DNA of 64,000 nt from a virus, in IMG/VR virus record IMGVR_UViG_3300029258_001887; one strand, given 5' to 3'. This document shows, piece after piece, positions 36,868-46,778 of the stretch. Numbering within the stretch: position 1 is the first letter of the stretch; each line of letters starts with the position of its first letter. A program made the position numbers and the translations under genes. Under the pieces are notes generated by a model. That model searched no databases. It was given only the letters and a program-made list of their open reading frames with translations, and was not told where the DNA came from.

Positions 36868-37221
36868 TCACACGTCAGTCGTTTGGCCGATAAGGCGTCG
36901 GAGTTTCTCCACGACAAGACGAAAGTGTCCGAAATAAAGCTCAATAAAATCGCCACGAGTCCACGCATGTCCATCCATTATCTCCGGTGTGCTGCGGATA
37001 AGATCGGCGTATTGTGGAAGTTCTTGGCACAGCGAGTTTTGAATATCCTTCTGGTCTTTGTAGGTGTCGAAATCGAAAATGACTGGTGTCCCAGTAGTTC
37101 GACGGACACGTCCATTAAGACCGTCAGTATTTTTGCTAGCCTTGGTCTTGGCAGTCTTTTCCCCCATCTCCAACAATGTGTCCCATTTGTCCAATAGTCG
37201 TTGCACCTTTACCGTATTCAC
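36868..37221 (-). CDS. hypothetical protein
   Basis: GGAGG RBS; GTG start. Confidence 0.55.
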   Translation of the reverse strand: MNTVKVQRLLDKWDTLLEMGEKTAKTKASKNTDGLNGRVRRTTGTPVIFDFDTYKDQKDIQNSLCQELPQYADLIRSTPEIMDGHAWTRGDFIELYFGHFRLVVEKLRRLIGQTTDV

Positions 37222-37532
37222 GCAATACCCTCCATACCATCCATCCCGGTCTTATACGTGGCGTCATTGGTCCACGCTTTGTTCTTGATAGTCGTATCAA
37301 TTTCGCAGCCGCATTGCTCAAGCATGGCGTTGGCATTTGCGAGCATGGTACATGCAATAGCGATTTTGTCGTTGGGTGCCAGAGCAAGATTGCCGCTCAG
37401 CATAGCAGCAACACTTACAGTTTCGATTAACTCCAGCATGGTTTCTGGAGGCAGTTCGAGCACCTGCTTGAATGTGTTAGGCTCAACTGACAAGGGGATT
37501 ATCATCACTTTCTTCATCACTGCGTCTTTCAA
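37218..37532 (-). CDS. hypothetical protein
   Basis: ORF track. Confidence 0.45.
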   Translation of the reverse strand: MKDAVMKKVMIIPLSVEPNTFKQVLELPPETMLELIETVSVAAMLSGNLALAPNDKIAIACTMLANANAMLEQCGCEIDTTIKNKAWTNDATYKTGMDGMEGIA

Positions 37533-38277
37533 AGTGTTCCTTGGCTTCCTCTAAGCAATCGGAGATTTTTTCCATGTGGTCGGCAACTTCGTTCGGGGTA
37601 GAACCGGCGAAGGTCAATTCCCAGAAGATGCTGGTGATGAAGCACCACAAAGTAGGCTGAATAGTCAGCTTGAATCCAGTACGACGGAAATCACGGTCGG
37701 ATTCGACGTATGGTGGGAAGAATTCTACCTCTGGCGAGACGCGAATGGGGAGATGGGCGAGGTTGTTGACAGGGGTGAACTCGATCGCATATCCTGTATC
37801 CTTGGGGCAGTCGTCGCCGCACTCGTGGAAATCGAGACTTTTGGACGGACAACCGGGGCCGATTCCATGGAAAGACATCAGGTTTGGCAAGTCGGCGATC
37901 TTCGGGTTTTCCCAATAGTTGTATCCATTGTCCATGATTGGACAACCGCTGTCGGGCTGATCTGTTGGCTTGCCGGTTTTCTTTTCCTTGCGAATGTCGT
38001 AGCTGGCGTGCCAGTATAGTTCGAGATATTCAACATCATCAACATCGTCTGGATCACGGTCGAGTTGAATCTGATCCCAGAACAGCTTGAACTCCAACAT
38101 ACCCATCGTTGCGAAGATGCCTGGGATCATTTGATCTGCATGATATACCAAGCGGAATAGATCGTAGAGCGTAAAGTCTTCGTCAACCTTGGTCACCGTC
38201 CATTGTAGATCGGTTGGCAAAAAGTCCTTGTAATATTCCTTTGTCAGATGTATGCCATCGCTTGCTGGATTACTCAT
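37483..38277 (-). CDS. hypothetical protein
   Basis: 264-aa ORF, GGGG RBS. Confidence 0.6.
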   Translation of the reverse strand: MSNPASDGIHLTKEYYKDFLPTDLQWTVTKVDEDFTLYDLFRLVYHADQMIPGIFATMGMLEFKLFWDQIQLDRDPDDVDDVEYLELYWHASYDIRKEKKTGKPTDQPDSGCPIMDNGYNYWENPKIADLPNLMSFHGIGPGCPSKSLDFHECGDDCPKDTGYAIEFTPVNNLAHLPIRVSPEVEFFPPYVESDRDFRRTGFKLTIQPTLWCFITSIFWELTFAGSTPNEVADHMEKISDCLEEAKEHFERRSDEESDDNPLVS

Positions 38278-38983
38278 AATCTACCCCCAAGTCTGCTGCC
38301 GTGGCCTTGATACAAGGCTCACTTACCTCGATGCCGACACAATCCAGACCCAATGCTTGGCACACCCTTGCTGTCGTGCCCGTTCCGAGGAACGGATCAA
38401 GGACTCGCCCCTTGGGGCGACAGTGACCGTTTACAATGCGCGTCACCAGAGCTTCTGGTAGCTGGGTCGGACACCACTTCCGCTTTTCTTTGAATGTACC
38501 GCAAACGCGCGGAACCTCCCAAACGTTCGGAGGCATTTTGCCTCCCTTGGCCGCTCTCTTGTCGTTGTACTTTGCCTGCCTGGCGCTGGGTATCTTGACC
38601 TTATCTGGTCGGATGTATTCCGAGTTGAGCCAGTATACGGGTCGGTAGCAGAGGGCATATTTCCCTCTGGTAGTCTGATCCTGTCCGAAGGTGTAATACC
38701 ACTGTAACCTTTGAATTAGCGGGATACCAACTGCTGTTACGGCGTTCTCGATAGCGCGTGTCCATTTTTCGTTAAATGTTAGGAAAATTGGACCTTTGGT
38801 CAAATCGGCCATCATTCCAAGCCACAATCGAAGGTTGGCTTCATATTTCCAGTCCGGTTGCCGGTCTGTAAATCCGTCGTATTTGAGACCAATATTGTCT
38901 GGCGGGTCGGCCACGATGAGATCAATTCTTCCCAGAGACGAGGCCGGGATCAGTTCGAATTTACCATGTATCAGTCTGATCAT
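38270..38983 (-). CDS. N6-adenine/N4-cytosine DNA methyltransferase (beta class)
   Basis: Motif IV variant ADPPDN; motif I VLDPFLGTGTT; PTQLPE. Confidence 0.85.
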   Translation of the reverse strand: MIRLIHGKFELIPASSLGRIDLIVADPPDNIGLKYDGFTDRQPDWKYEANLRLWLGMMADLTKGPIFLTFNEKWTRAIENAVTAVGIPLIQRLQWYYTFGQDQTTRGKYALCYRPVYWLNSEYIRPDKVKIPSARQAKYNDKRAAKGGKMPPNVWEVPRVCGTFKEKRKWCPTQLPEALVTRIVNGHCRPKGRVLDPFLGTGTTARVCQALGLDCVGIEVSEPCIKATAADLGVDYE

Positions 38984-39279
38984 TCATCCAACTCCACCCG
39001 TCGCCTATCCGAATGCTCTGGTCGCTTTTTCGGCGGCTTCGGTACTGGGTCTCCGTTTGGTTTTCTCATACGGCTTTTGAGAGCATTCCACGCACTTTCA
39101 AATGCTGGTGGCGTAAGTTCTCCGTTTTTTGGGACGCCATATTCTTCGAAGATCATACACGCCCTTTGGGCCTGTTCCTGGGTTTTGTACTCGCCCACTT
39201 TGTTCCCCGTTTCGGTATCGATCACAGCCCACTGATGGACGTAGGGCAGCGTGTTTTTTCTCACGACGAACCTTGGCAT
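38980..39279 (-). CDS. hypothetical protein, possibly leaderless
   Basis: ATG lies 6 nt after the -10 hexamer. Confidence 0.55.
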   Translation of the reverse strand: MPRFVVRKNTLPYVHQWAVIDTETGNKVGEYKTQEQAQRACMIFEEYGVPKNGELTPPAFESAWNALKSRMRKPNGDPVPKPPKKRPEHSDRRRVELDE

Positions 39280-39284
39280 ACCCC

Positions 39285-39313
39285 ATTATACGGTCAACTA
39301 GGGGGTTTGTTCG
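39285..39313 (-). promoter_or_regulatory. CGAACA-N17-TATAAT promoter
   Basis: Minus strand CGAACA-aaccccctagttgaccg-TATAAT. Confidence 0.65.
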
Positions 39314-39355
39314 AAAAAAAGAAAAAAAGTTGGAGCGCTTTTCCCAAAATAGACT

Positions 39356-39417
39356 CTCTATATATATAGAGGGGGGTTTTTATCGGACGTTACATATCGG
39401 ACGCGATTGTGTATAAT
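39356..39417 (+). promoter_or_regulatory. divergent control region: 16-bp palindrome, two TATCGGAC boxes, TGTGTATAAT promoter
   Basis: CTCTATATATATAGAG at 39356-39371; TTATCGGAC at 39380; ATATCGGAC at 39394. Confidence 0.6.
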
Positions 39418-39588
39418 TTTCGAGGGTGATAGAAATGAGTGACAAGAAAACACAGGTTGATTGCCGTTTGATTACTCGTGGGACAGACAAGGCGAACGCC
39501 AAGGCTATCGAGGATTTGAAGGTTCCCGATCCAGAACCGGCTGTTGGCGAGCAGGTAATCAAGGATGCGATGGAGGAAGGGTCAGAGG

Positions 39589-40146
39589 ATGACAGTCAGA
39601 CAGGAAATTCTTGACGAAGCACATCCGATCATCGAACGGTTAGCCACGTCTCGTAGCGCCAACGGTGCGTTCGCATATTACGAGAACAGTGATGTCTATC
39701 AAGAGGTGTGGCGAATGTGCTTAGAGGCCCTGGAAAGGTATGATCCACAGATAGGGCCAATCGAGAACTACCTAGTGAGACATGTCACCAACCGACTCAA
39801 GAACCTCAAGAGGGACAGCTACTTCCGTCCAGGCTCCGATGCTCCGAGTTCTGGCTTGGCACGCACTAGGATGAACTTGGTGAACGCACTACCGCTTGGT
39901 GGTGGAGATATCGCTGAGCAGGGTATGCTTCTTGGGTCTACTCCGATCAATACTGATCCTGTTGATCACCTATTGTGCGACGAAACTTTGGAATACATCC
40001 GAGATCGTATGCCGGAAAGTCTGATCGATTCGTTCGAAGATTTGATCGGCAACAACCGCGTTCGCAGTCCTGTTGTTGAAGAGATACGACAGAAGGTGGC
40101 AGAGATTTTGAGCGAGAGGGAGGAAGATGTCGGAAGCAAAGAATAA
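39589..40146 (+). CDS. phage sigma-factor-like protein
   Basis: Region-2-like DVYQEVWRMCLEALERYDP..ENYL..VTNRLKNLKRD. Confidence 0.7.
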   Translation: MTVRQEILDEAHPIIERLATSRSANGAFAYYENSDVYQEVWRMCLEALERYDPQIGPIENYLVRHVTNRLKNLKRDSYFRPGSDAPSSGLARTRMNLVNALPLGGGDIAEQGMLLGSTPINTDPVDHLLCDETLEYIRDRMPESLIDSFEDLIGNNRVRSPVVEEIRQKVAEILSEREEDVGSKE

Positions 40147-41038
40147 GAGATTGTCTTCCAACCCCAAGGCTTTGAAGCTTCTCGCTGATTGTGTCAAGCA
40201 AGGTCTCAGCGACAAGAAGATTCAACAGCGGTTGGCTCAGGAGTGTGGATATCAATGGACGCTGGATACTATTGGCCGACGCCGCCGTGCTATGGGTGTG
40301 ACTAAGAATGCTGGCCAGCCAGTTGGTGTTGAAGCTTTGGATGGTCCAATCCTTACCGTGCCGCCCCCTGGATTGTCTGATGGAGAAAAGGCCCGCTGGT
40401 TTAGAGATCAATTCAAAAAGACCCACCTTTATAAAACAATCCAGAGACAATTCGAACCAGAAGAAGTGGAGATGTACCTAGAAGATTTTGGTTTGCTGTG
40501 CTGTCAGTTTGAGGACATCGTTATCAGTGAGTTCATGCAGGTGGACGATTTCCTGAAGCACAGAATTCTTGTTGATAGGCAATTGATCCTCAGCCGTTCC
40601 CTACAGAGAGAAATCGCAGACCTACAAATGTGGTTTGTGGCGAATCCAAAGCCAGAGGATGAAGATAAAGAGGCCACCAAGTTTCGCATTTTACAACAGA
40701 GACAACTCGATGATAAGCATCGATATCTCAAAAGTGTCAATGATCGCTACGATGCCTTGGTCAAAGAGCGGCAGAAAATCTACAGTAGTTTGGCTGCGAC
40801 CCGTAAGGATCGCATGGATGAACTCAAGGGGGGCAAGGAAACCTTCTTGGAATTGGTCGGTAGGCTGCAACACTCGCAGGATGAAAGAGACAGGCAGGGG
40901 AGATTCGCTGAATTGACGAGAATATCTGCTGAAGACGTGAAGAATGAATTTCGTCAGCCGGTCGAATTCCCTGATGGCAGTGTCGAGCCAATTATCATGG
41001 ATGCGGATACGGACTTTGGGGAGGACGATGATGAATAA
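40127..41038 (+). CDS. HTH/coiled-coil protein, candidate terminase small subunit
   Basis: N-terminal HTH-like segment, long coiled coil, position at the head of the packaging module (inference). Confidence 0.45.
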   Translation: MSEAKNKRLSSNPKALKLLADCVKQGLSDKKIQQRLAQECGYQWTLDTIGRRRRAMGVTKNAGQPVGVEALDGPILTVPPPGLSDGEKARWFRDQFKKTHLYKTIQRQFEPEEVEMYLEDFGLLCCQFEDIVISEFMQVDDFLKHRILVDRQLILSRSLQREIADLQMWFVANPKPEDEDKEATKFRILQQRQLDDKHRYLKSVNDRYDALVKERQKIYSSLAATRKDRMDELKGGKETFLELVGRLQHSQDERDRQGRFAELTRISAEDVKNEFRQPVEFPDGSVEPIIMDADTDFGEDDDE

Positions 41039-42140
41039 GTGTGCTTTGTGTATACCACGTCCAGGTGGAACGTACAGAATGATCCAGAATGGCTATGTAG
41101 ATGCGCTACGACATTTCGGCTGGAAGGTGTATGTTGGCGATCCTCAGACCAAGCTGGGGTGTCGCAAGCTCATCGAAGAATATGGCGTGCGATTGATTCT
41201 GACTCATTCTAGATACGGAATCCGGCAACTGCCAGTTGATGTGATCAATGCCAACAAAGTCATGGTGTTCGTCGAGGCGCTGCCGCTTAATGACGGTGAC
41301 TTGGGCATTGACGGTCCATACGAGGTGGCCCATCAGAATGAACCAGATGTAGTTAAGTCCATCGAATCGGCTACGGTCCACACCAGGATTGAGCCCCATC
41401 TATGGGCGAACTATATGTCTGTCTGGGGGGAAAACAATGTTGATCTTATGTTTCTCCCAGCGGCGGGTAATATGATTCGTGCGATGCCACCGACCTGTAC
41501 AGTCCTGACAGATGTTGCGATGGTTGCCAACTTTGCCCACAGACAGGGTATCATGAGACAATTGATTGAGCCTCTTTTTAAGCGGCTGGATTTACTGGGA
41601 CATTCGTACCAAGCTTTTGGCGATGACATCTGGGCCAGAGCCGGTCTCAACTACAATGGTCCGCTTGATGATGACCAGAACCGATTGGCGCATGTATACG
41701 CGACAGCCCGCGTGTGCCCGAATGTGCATACCGAACAACAGGTCGGCCTCCAGGCGTGTGTCAACGAAAGGTCGTTCATGATCCCGCTATGTGGTGGTGT
41801 GCAGGTGTCGGACAATCCATTGGTGTCCAGATATCTGGGGCCACATTGTGTGGTATCCACCAGTGTTACCGACTTCATGAGCAAGGTTATTGGATTAGTG
41901 GAAGATCAACCACAGCGATTTGAGAAAATTCGTGCCAGCGTAGAGCATGTGGCTAATAATCATACATACTTCAATCGGTTGGTCGATCTGTTTCAGGTGG
42001 CTGGATTGCACGATCTGGCTGCTGACATGATAGAGCAAGGACAAAGAGCAGCGGTCAGGCATTGTTGGGAAATCGATGCTAGATTAAGTGCCGAGGAAAG
42101 GGGAGTACCTTATGAGTCGAACGTCGTCGGAGCAGCGTAA
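41031..42140 (+). CDS. glycosyltransferase (CgeB/Glyco_trans_1_2-like)
   Basis: C-terminal Y..ARVCPNVH..NERSF..CGG..VSD..HTYFNR. Confidence 0.75.
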   Translation: MNKCALCIPRPGGTYRMIQNGYVDALRHFGWKVYVGDPQTKLGCRKLIEEYGVRLILTHSRYGIRQLPVDVINANKVMVFVEALPLNDGDLGIDGPYEVAHQNEPDVVKSIESATVHTRIEPHLWANYMSVWGENNVDLMFLPAAGNMIRAMPPTCTVLTDVAMVANFAHRQGIMRQLIEPLFKRLDLLGHSYQAFGDDIWARAGLNYNGPLDDDQNRLAHVYATARVCPNVHTEQQVGLQACVNERSFMIPLCGGVQVSDNPLVSRYLGPHCVVSTSVTDFMSKVIGLVEDQPQRFEKIRASVEHVANNHTYFNRLVDLFQVAGLHDLAADMIEQGQRAAVRHCWEIDARLSAEERGVPYESNVVGAA

Positions 42141-42384
42141 TCTTGGTAGGCGTATCGCTGGTGTTACGATGCCTATCACCCGCAGACGTATGAGGTGGGG
42201 TCGTAACTGGCCGTGTTTGTGCGGAAGTGAAAAAAAGTACAAGGTGTGTTGCCTAAACGAGATCGAGGCCATTACAGTATCGGACGGCAACGCCAATGTC
42301 ACCAAGCTACCAGAGGATATTCAGAAGATGATTGACGCTCATCGTGAGGCGCAGCAGAACGGAGGAAAGAAAGACGATGAATAA
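42112..42384 (+). CDS. SEC-C motif protein
   Basis: GRNWPCLCGSEKKYKVCC. Confidence 0.75.
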   Translation: MSRTSSEQRNLGRRIAGVTMPITRRRMRWGRNWPCLCGSEKKYKVCCLNEIEAITVSDGNANVTKLPEDIQKMIDAHREAQQNGGKKDDE

Positions 42385-43390
42385 GACAGCACTGATCACC
42401 GGGACAACGGGGCAAGATGGCAGTTATCTTGCCGAACTGCTACTGGACAAAGGCTACACAGTCCATGGGCTTATCCGACGATCTTCGGTTGACACCACAG
42501 AGCGTATCGCTCACTTTCAGCATCATCCACATTTCGCATTGATAGAAGGTGATATCACCGACGCGGCATGTATGCATCGGCTGATTTCCGGTATCCAGCC
42601 GGATGAAGTGTACAACTTGGCTGCCATGAGTCATGTGGGTGTGTCATTTGATCAGCCAATCACCACCTGTCAGATCGACGCGATGGGGCCTCTGTACATG
42701 CTGGAGGCTATTCGCCAATCGTCTCCAAAAACCAAGTTCTATCAAGCGAGCACATCGGAATTGTTTGGCGATACTCCCATTGCGCCACAGAACGAAAATT
42801 CCCCCATGATACCGAACTCACCATACGCAGCAGCCAAGCTTTATGCGCATCAGTTGGTCGGCCTTTATCGTCGGGCCTACAACATCTTCGCCTGTGCAGG
42901 CATTTTGTTCAATCATGAATCTGAGCGTCGTGGAGAAGCGTTTGTCACCCGTAAGATTACCAAGTACGTAGCCATGCTTCAGAGTTGGATGGATAGCCAC
43001 GACGGTTTTCCCAAAAAGGATGTAGATGTTCGTCCGCTGGCGCTCGGCAACATTGAGGCGAAGCGGGATTGGTCCCACGCCGAGGATATGGTCCGTGGCA
43101 TGTGGCTCATGATGCAACATGCCGAGCCAGATGACTATGTGCTTGGGTCTGGGGAAACCCACACGGTCAAGGAATTCTTGCAACTCGCTTTTGGTTCCAT
43201 TGGTTTGGACTACAACGATTACGTCGTCATCGATCCCAAGTTTTATCGTCCTGTGGATGTCAATCTGCTCCACGCCGACCCAGGCAAGGCAGCCAAGGTG
43301 CTTGGGTGGAAGCCCACGATTTGTTTTGGTGAATTGATCGATCGGATGGTCCAGAGTGATTACAGAGCGGAGATCGAATGCCGCGTCTAG
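42377..43390 (+). CDS. gmd: GDP-mannose 4,6-dehydratase
   Basis: GTTGQDGSYLAELLL, YNLAAMSHV, YQASTSE, SPYAAAKLY, FNHES, FVTRKIT. Confidence 0.95.
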   Translation: MNKTALITGTTGQDGSYLAELLLDKGYTVHGLIRRSSVDTTERIAHFQHHPHFALIEGDITDAACMHRLISGIQPDEVYNLAAMSHVGVSFDQPITTCQIDAMGPLYMLEAIRQSSPKTKFYQASTSELFGDTPIAPQNENSPMIPNSPYAAAKLYAHQLVGLYRRAYNIFACAGILFNHESERRGEAFVTRKITKYVAMLQSWMDSHDGFPKKDVDVRPLALGNIEAKRDWSHAEDMVRGMWLMMQHAEPDDYVLGSGETHTVKEFLQLAFGSIGLDYNDYVVIDPKFYRPVDVNLLHADPGKAAKVLGWKPTICFGELIDRMVQSDYRAEIECRV

Positions 43391-43402
43391 ATCGGAGATA
43401 TT

Positions 43403-44095
43403 ATGGCTGGGCGTAGATGGACCCAGATAGAAGACGATTTTCTCGTAGAGAATTATCCGAACCAAACCGCCGAGTGGTGTTCTAGCCGTCTACAGCGAAC
43501 AATTAATGCTATTCAGATAAGGGCAAAGCATTTAGGCATTCAAGCTAAAGGTAGGTGTGGGTGTCGTCAAACTCGTGAAGTCATCCGTATCCTTAGTGAG
43601 CGACGTGTTATTTGTCTGTGTCCGAAACATGGAGAAACAGTGCATAGATTGTATAAAAATGGTGTTCTTCGATGTGATGGTTGTATATCAGAACGAGAGA
43701 CAGCACGCCGTGGCACCAGGGCTTGGACTGACCACACTAGACGTTTGGCCAGACTCTACAGGAGAAAACAGAGAAGCACTCCGCTTGGCAAATATGTCAA
43801 TCGAATACGTTCCGCGCTGAGGCAGTGCGCTGTCGGTAAAATCAGTTTTTCGCATGATTTACCGTATACTGCTGGCCAATTACGTGATCACCTGGAGGAT
43901 GTCAGACGACGACAGAACAACAGTTGTCCAATCTGTGGAAGCTCTTACGATGAAGTCCAGGACAGCATTGATCACATTACACCGGTTAGCACCGCCAAGA
44001 CAAGAGAAGGTGTATTATCTCTTTTTGATTTATCGAATTTATCTCTATTGTGTTTGAGATGTAATTCTTCGAAGGGGGCTAAAATTTATGCCTAG
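43403..44095 (+). CDS. HNH endonuclease
   Basis: CPICG..IDHITP..NL..LCLRCNSSK. Confidence 0.85.
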   Translation: MAGRRWTQIEDDFLVENYPNQTAEWCSSRLQRTINAIQIRAKHLGIQAKGRCGCRQTREVIRILSERRVICLCPKHGETVHRLYKNGVLRCDGCISERETARRGTRAWTDHTRRLARLYRRKQRSTPLGKYVNRIRSALRQCAVGKISFSHDLPYTAGQLRDHLEDVRRRQNNSCPICGSSYDEVQDSIDHITPVSTAKTREGVLSLFDLSNLSLLCLRCNSSKGAKIYA

Positions 44096-44633
44096 ACTGA
44101 TTCTGCCGACCTATACAGTTATCAGAGACACCCGTGAACAGGAGGGACACGGGTGGTTCTTTGATGCGCATGTGCCAGATCGCCGTCCTCCACGATGTGA
44201 AGGTACGATTATCGAGACGGTAGAGACTGGCGACTACAGCTTGGTGGGGTACACAGACATTCTGGCCATTGAGCGCAAGTTTGCCTTTTCAGAACTCTGG
44301 GGTAACTATAGTGCTAAGAGACGACCGCAGTTTGAGGAAGAGATGGAACGGATGTCTAACATCAAGCACGCTTATGTCATCATCGAATCATCTATGACGC
44401 CCGACATCCTTGAATTGTCACCACCACAATTTTCCAAGGGCGTACCGGGTAAGTCGTTGGTCAGATGGCTGATGTATCTGTCAGCTAGGTATGGGGTGAA
44501 CATCATACCGGCAGGACAGTGTGGTCGCAAGATAGCTCAGATGATTTTCGAGGAAGTGGTCAGAGTAGAGAAGGATCGTTGGGTTCACCAGGAACCGAAG
44601 AAGAAGTCTGGAGAGAATTGCCTTGGGTGCTAA
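44088..44633 (+). CDS. ERCC4/XPF-like nuclease
   Basis: DTREQ..GDYS..IERK. Confidence 0.85.
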   Translation: MPRLILPTYTVIRDTREQEGHGWFFDAHVPDRRPPRCEGTIIETVETGDYSLVGYTDILAIERKFAFSELWGNYSAKRRPQFEEEMERMSNIKHAYVIIESSMTPDILELSPPQFSKGVPGKSLVRWLMYLSARYGVNIIPAGQCGRKIAQMIFEEVVRVEKDRWVHQEPKKKSGENCLGC

Positions 44634-46719
44634 AGTTACATTAGATGATCTACTGCATGGGGATCAGGGGAGATATGGATATCTGTTTCCATACCGTGAT
44701 CGTGTACCCAATGTGCGCAAACACATCTTTACCGATCTGAAGCAATCCAAAGACCCGCTCGACCAAGTAGTTGTCAGCCGAATGCTTGATATCAACTACA
44801 TAGGCTGGACAGCAAAGGTGGTCCTTGGGTTAGACCTATTCCCCATTCAGATCGCCACCCTCCAGATGATGTGGAATACCCCGTTCCCGATGCTGATCGC
44901 GTGTCGTGGTGGCAGTAAGTCATTTATGCTGGCGGTTTATGCTGTGCTAAGAGCACTACTCGATCCAGGGACCAAGATTGTAATCGTTGGTGCTGGTCTT
45001 CGACAGGCCAGATTGGTTTTTAACTACATTGATACCATTTGGAGTAATGCTCCTGTACTGCGCAACATTGTCGGCGGTGGCAAGAAGGCTGGTCCCAGGC
45101 AGAATGTAGACCTGTGCTACTTCCGCGTCGGTGAATCCATTATTTATGCCCTACCGATGGGTGATGGTACGAAGATTAGAGGTTTCCGCGCCAACGTCGT
45201 TATTGCTGACGAGTTTGCGTCCATTCCCGAAGATGTATTCGATGTTGTGGTTCGCGGTTTTGCTGCAACAGCCAAAACTCCTGTTGAGGAAGCAAAGCGG
45301 AGGGCGTTCGAAAAGCAACTAGCCAAATTCGATTTACCACCAGATGTCAAGAAAAAATTGACTACTGATGACGGCAAGATGCACGGTAACCAAATCGTCT
45401 ATTCTGGTACGGCATACTATGCATTCAATCATTTTGCCAAGAAATATCATATGTGGCAGGAGATCATTAGAAGCAAGGGCGACCCAGAGCAAGTGGCACA
45501 AATCTTCGGTGGAGAGAATTTGGTACCGGATGGCTTTAACTACAAAGACTATGCTATCATCAGAATTCCCCATACGCACCTACCAGATGGCCTGCTAGAC
45601 CCGAGACAATTGGCTCACGCCAAGGCTACTCTTCCTCGCAATATCTATCTTATGGAGTATGGCGCGGTCTTTGTTGCTGATTCCGATGGATTCTACCCAC
45701 GCAGCTTAATCGAAGGGTGTACTGTCGGTCCCAACAAACCCATTGAGACACCAGATGGGCCGATTACATTTACACCATTGATGAGGGCTCAATCGAAGCG
45801 TAAGTATGTTATGGGTATCGACCCCGCTGCCGAGAGAGATAATCTAGCTATTGTTGTGACAGAGGTATGGCCGAATCATTACCGTGTTGTCTATTGCTGG
45901 GCAGTGAATAAAAAGGAATTCATCCAGAGGAAGAAAAAGGGATTTATCACAGATGACGACTACTACGCCTATTGTTGTTCGAAAATTCGGGATGTAGTCA
46001 GGTTGTTCAATCCGGTTCGTGTCGAGATGGATAGCCAGGGTGGTGGCTATGCCGTTGCAGAGATGCTTCGCAACAAAAAGTTGATGGACATGAACGCGGG
46101 CGACTTCCCTATTTATGAAGTGATCGATTTCGATGATCCGAAGGATACTGACGGTGAGACAGATGGACGCCACATTCTCCATCTCGTCAAGCAAAGCACT
46201 GAGTACAACCAGGAAGCCAACGTAGCGCTCCACAAGAGCCTTGAGACACGAACTCTGTTGTTCCCCGCCTTCGATAGCGTGAAGATGTACGCTGCGATCG
46301 AGGCTGAAAAATCTGCCGGGATTGTTTTTGACACCTACGAGGAAAATGTATTCAATCTGGAAGAATTAAAGAATGAGCTTTGTACCATTCAGATGAGCGA
46401 AACAGCGACGGGGAAGGAACGATTCGATACCCCACAGGTTATCAAGCCTGGAGCGGTTGAAGGCAGGACACGAAAGGGGAGGCTCCGCAAGGACCGCTAT
46501 ACGGCTCTTCTGTTGTCTCACAAATACATCTATGATACTGATACCACCACTGACCATAGTATCGATTATGAGGACGTTCCGGGGAATATCGAGAAACGCG
46601 AAAAACCCCCAAAGAATGAGGCTATGTATCGCGGGGCCGGTGTGGGTAGGATGAGAAATTCCCATGAGACTCGCAATGGCGGGATTTTTAAGGCCGTGAA
46701 AAAAGGCAAGCGAATCTAA
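44623..46719 (+). CDS. terL: terminase large subunit
   Basis: Walker A RGGSKS, IRGFR, Walker B VVIADE, coupling motif SGT, RNase H-like GIDPA and C-terminal KDRY. Confidence 0.9.
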   Translation: MGAKVTLDDLLHGDQGRYGYLFPYRDRVPNVRKHIFTDLKQSKDPLDQVVVSRMLDINYIGWTAKVVLGLDLFPIQIATLQMMWNTPFPMLIACRGGSKSFMLAVYAVLRALLDPGTKIVIVGAGLRQARLVFNYIDTIWSNAPVLRNIVGGGKKAGPRQNVDLCYFRVGESIIYALPMGDGTKIRGFRANVVIADEFASIPEDVFDVVVRGFAATAKTPVEEAKRRAFEKQLAKFDLPPDVKKKLTTDDGKMHGNQIVYSGTAYYAFNHFAKKYHMWQEIIRSKGDPEQVAQIFGGENLVPDGFNYKDYAIIRIPHTHLPDGLLDPRQLAHAKATLPRNIYLMEYGAVFVADSDGFYPRSLIEGCTVGPNKPIETPDGPITFTPLMRAQSKRKYVMGIDPAAERDNLAIVVTEVWPNHYRVVYCWAVNKKEFIQRKKKGFITDDDYYAYCCSKIRDVVRLFNPVRVEMDSQGGGYAVAEMLRNKKLMDMNAGDFPIYEVIDFDDPKDTDGETDGRHILHLVKQSTEYNQEANVALHKSLETRTLLFPAFDSVKMYAAIEAEKSAGIVFDTYEENVFNLEELKNELCTIQMSETATGKERFDTPQVIKPGAVEGRTRKGRLRKDRYTALLLSHKYIYDTDTTTDHSIDYEDVPGNIEKREKPPKNEAMYRGAGVGRMRNSHETRNGGIFKAVKKGKRI

Positions 46720-46726
46720 TAGCGGT

Positions 46727-46764
46727 GGTGTATAATCAATTGAACCGCAATTGAACCGCAATTG
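46727..46764 (+). promoter_or_regulatory. GGTGTATAAT late promoter followed by tandem CAATTGAACCG repeat
   Basis: Seen directly upstream of the portal gene. Confidence 0.55.
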
Positions 46765-46778
46765 GAATGGGGGTAGAA

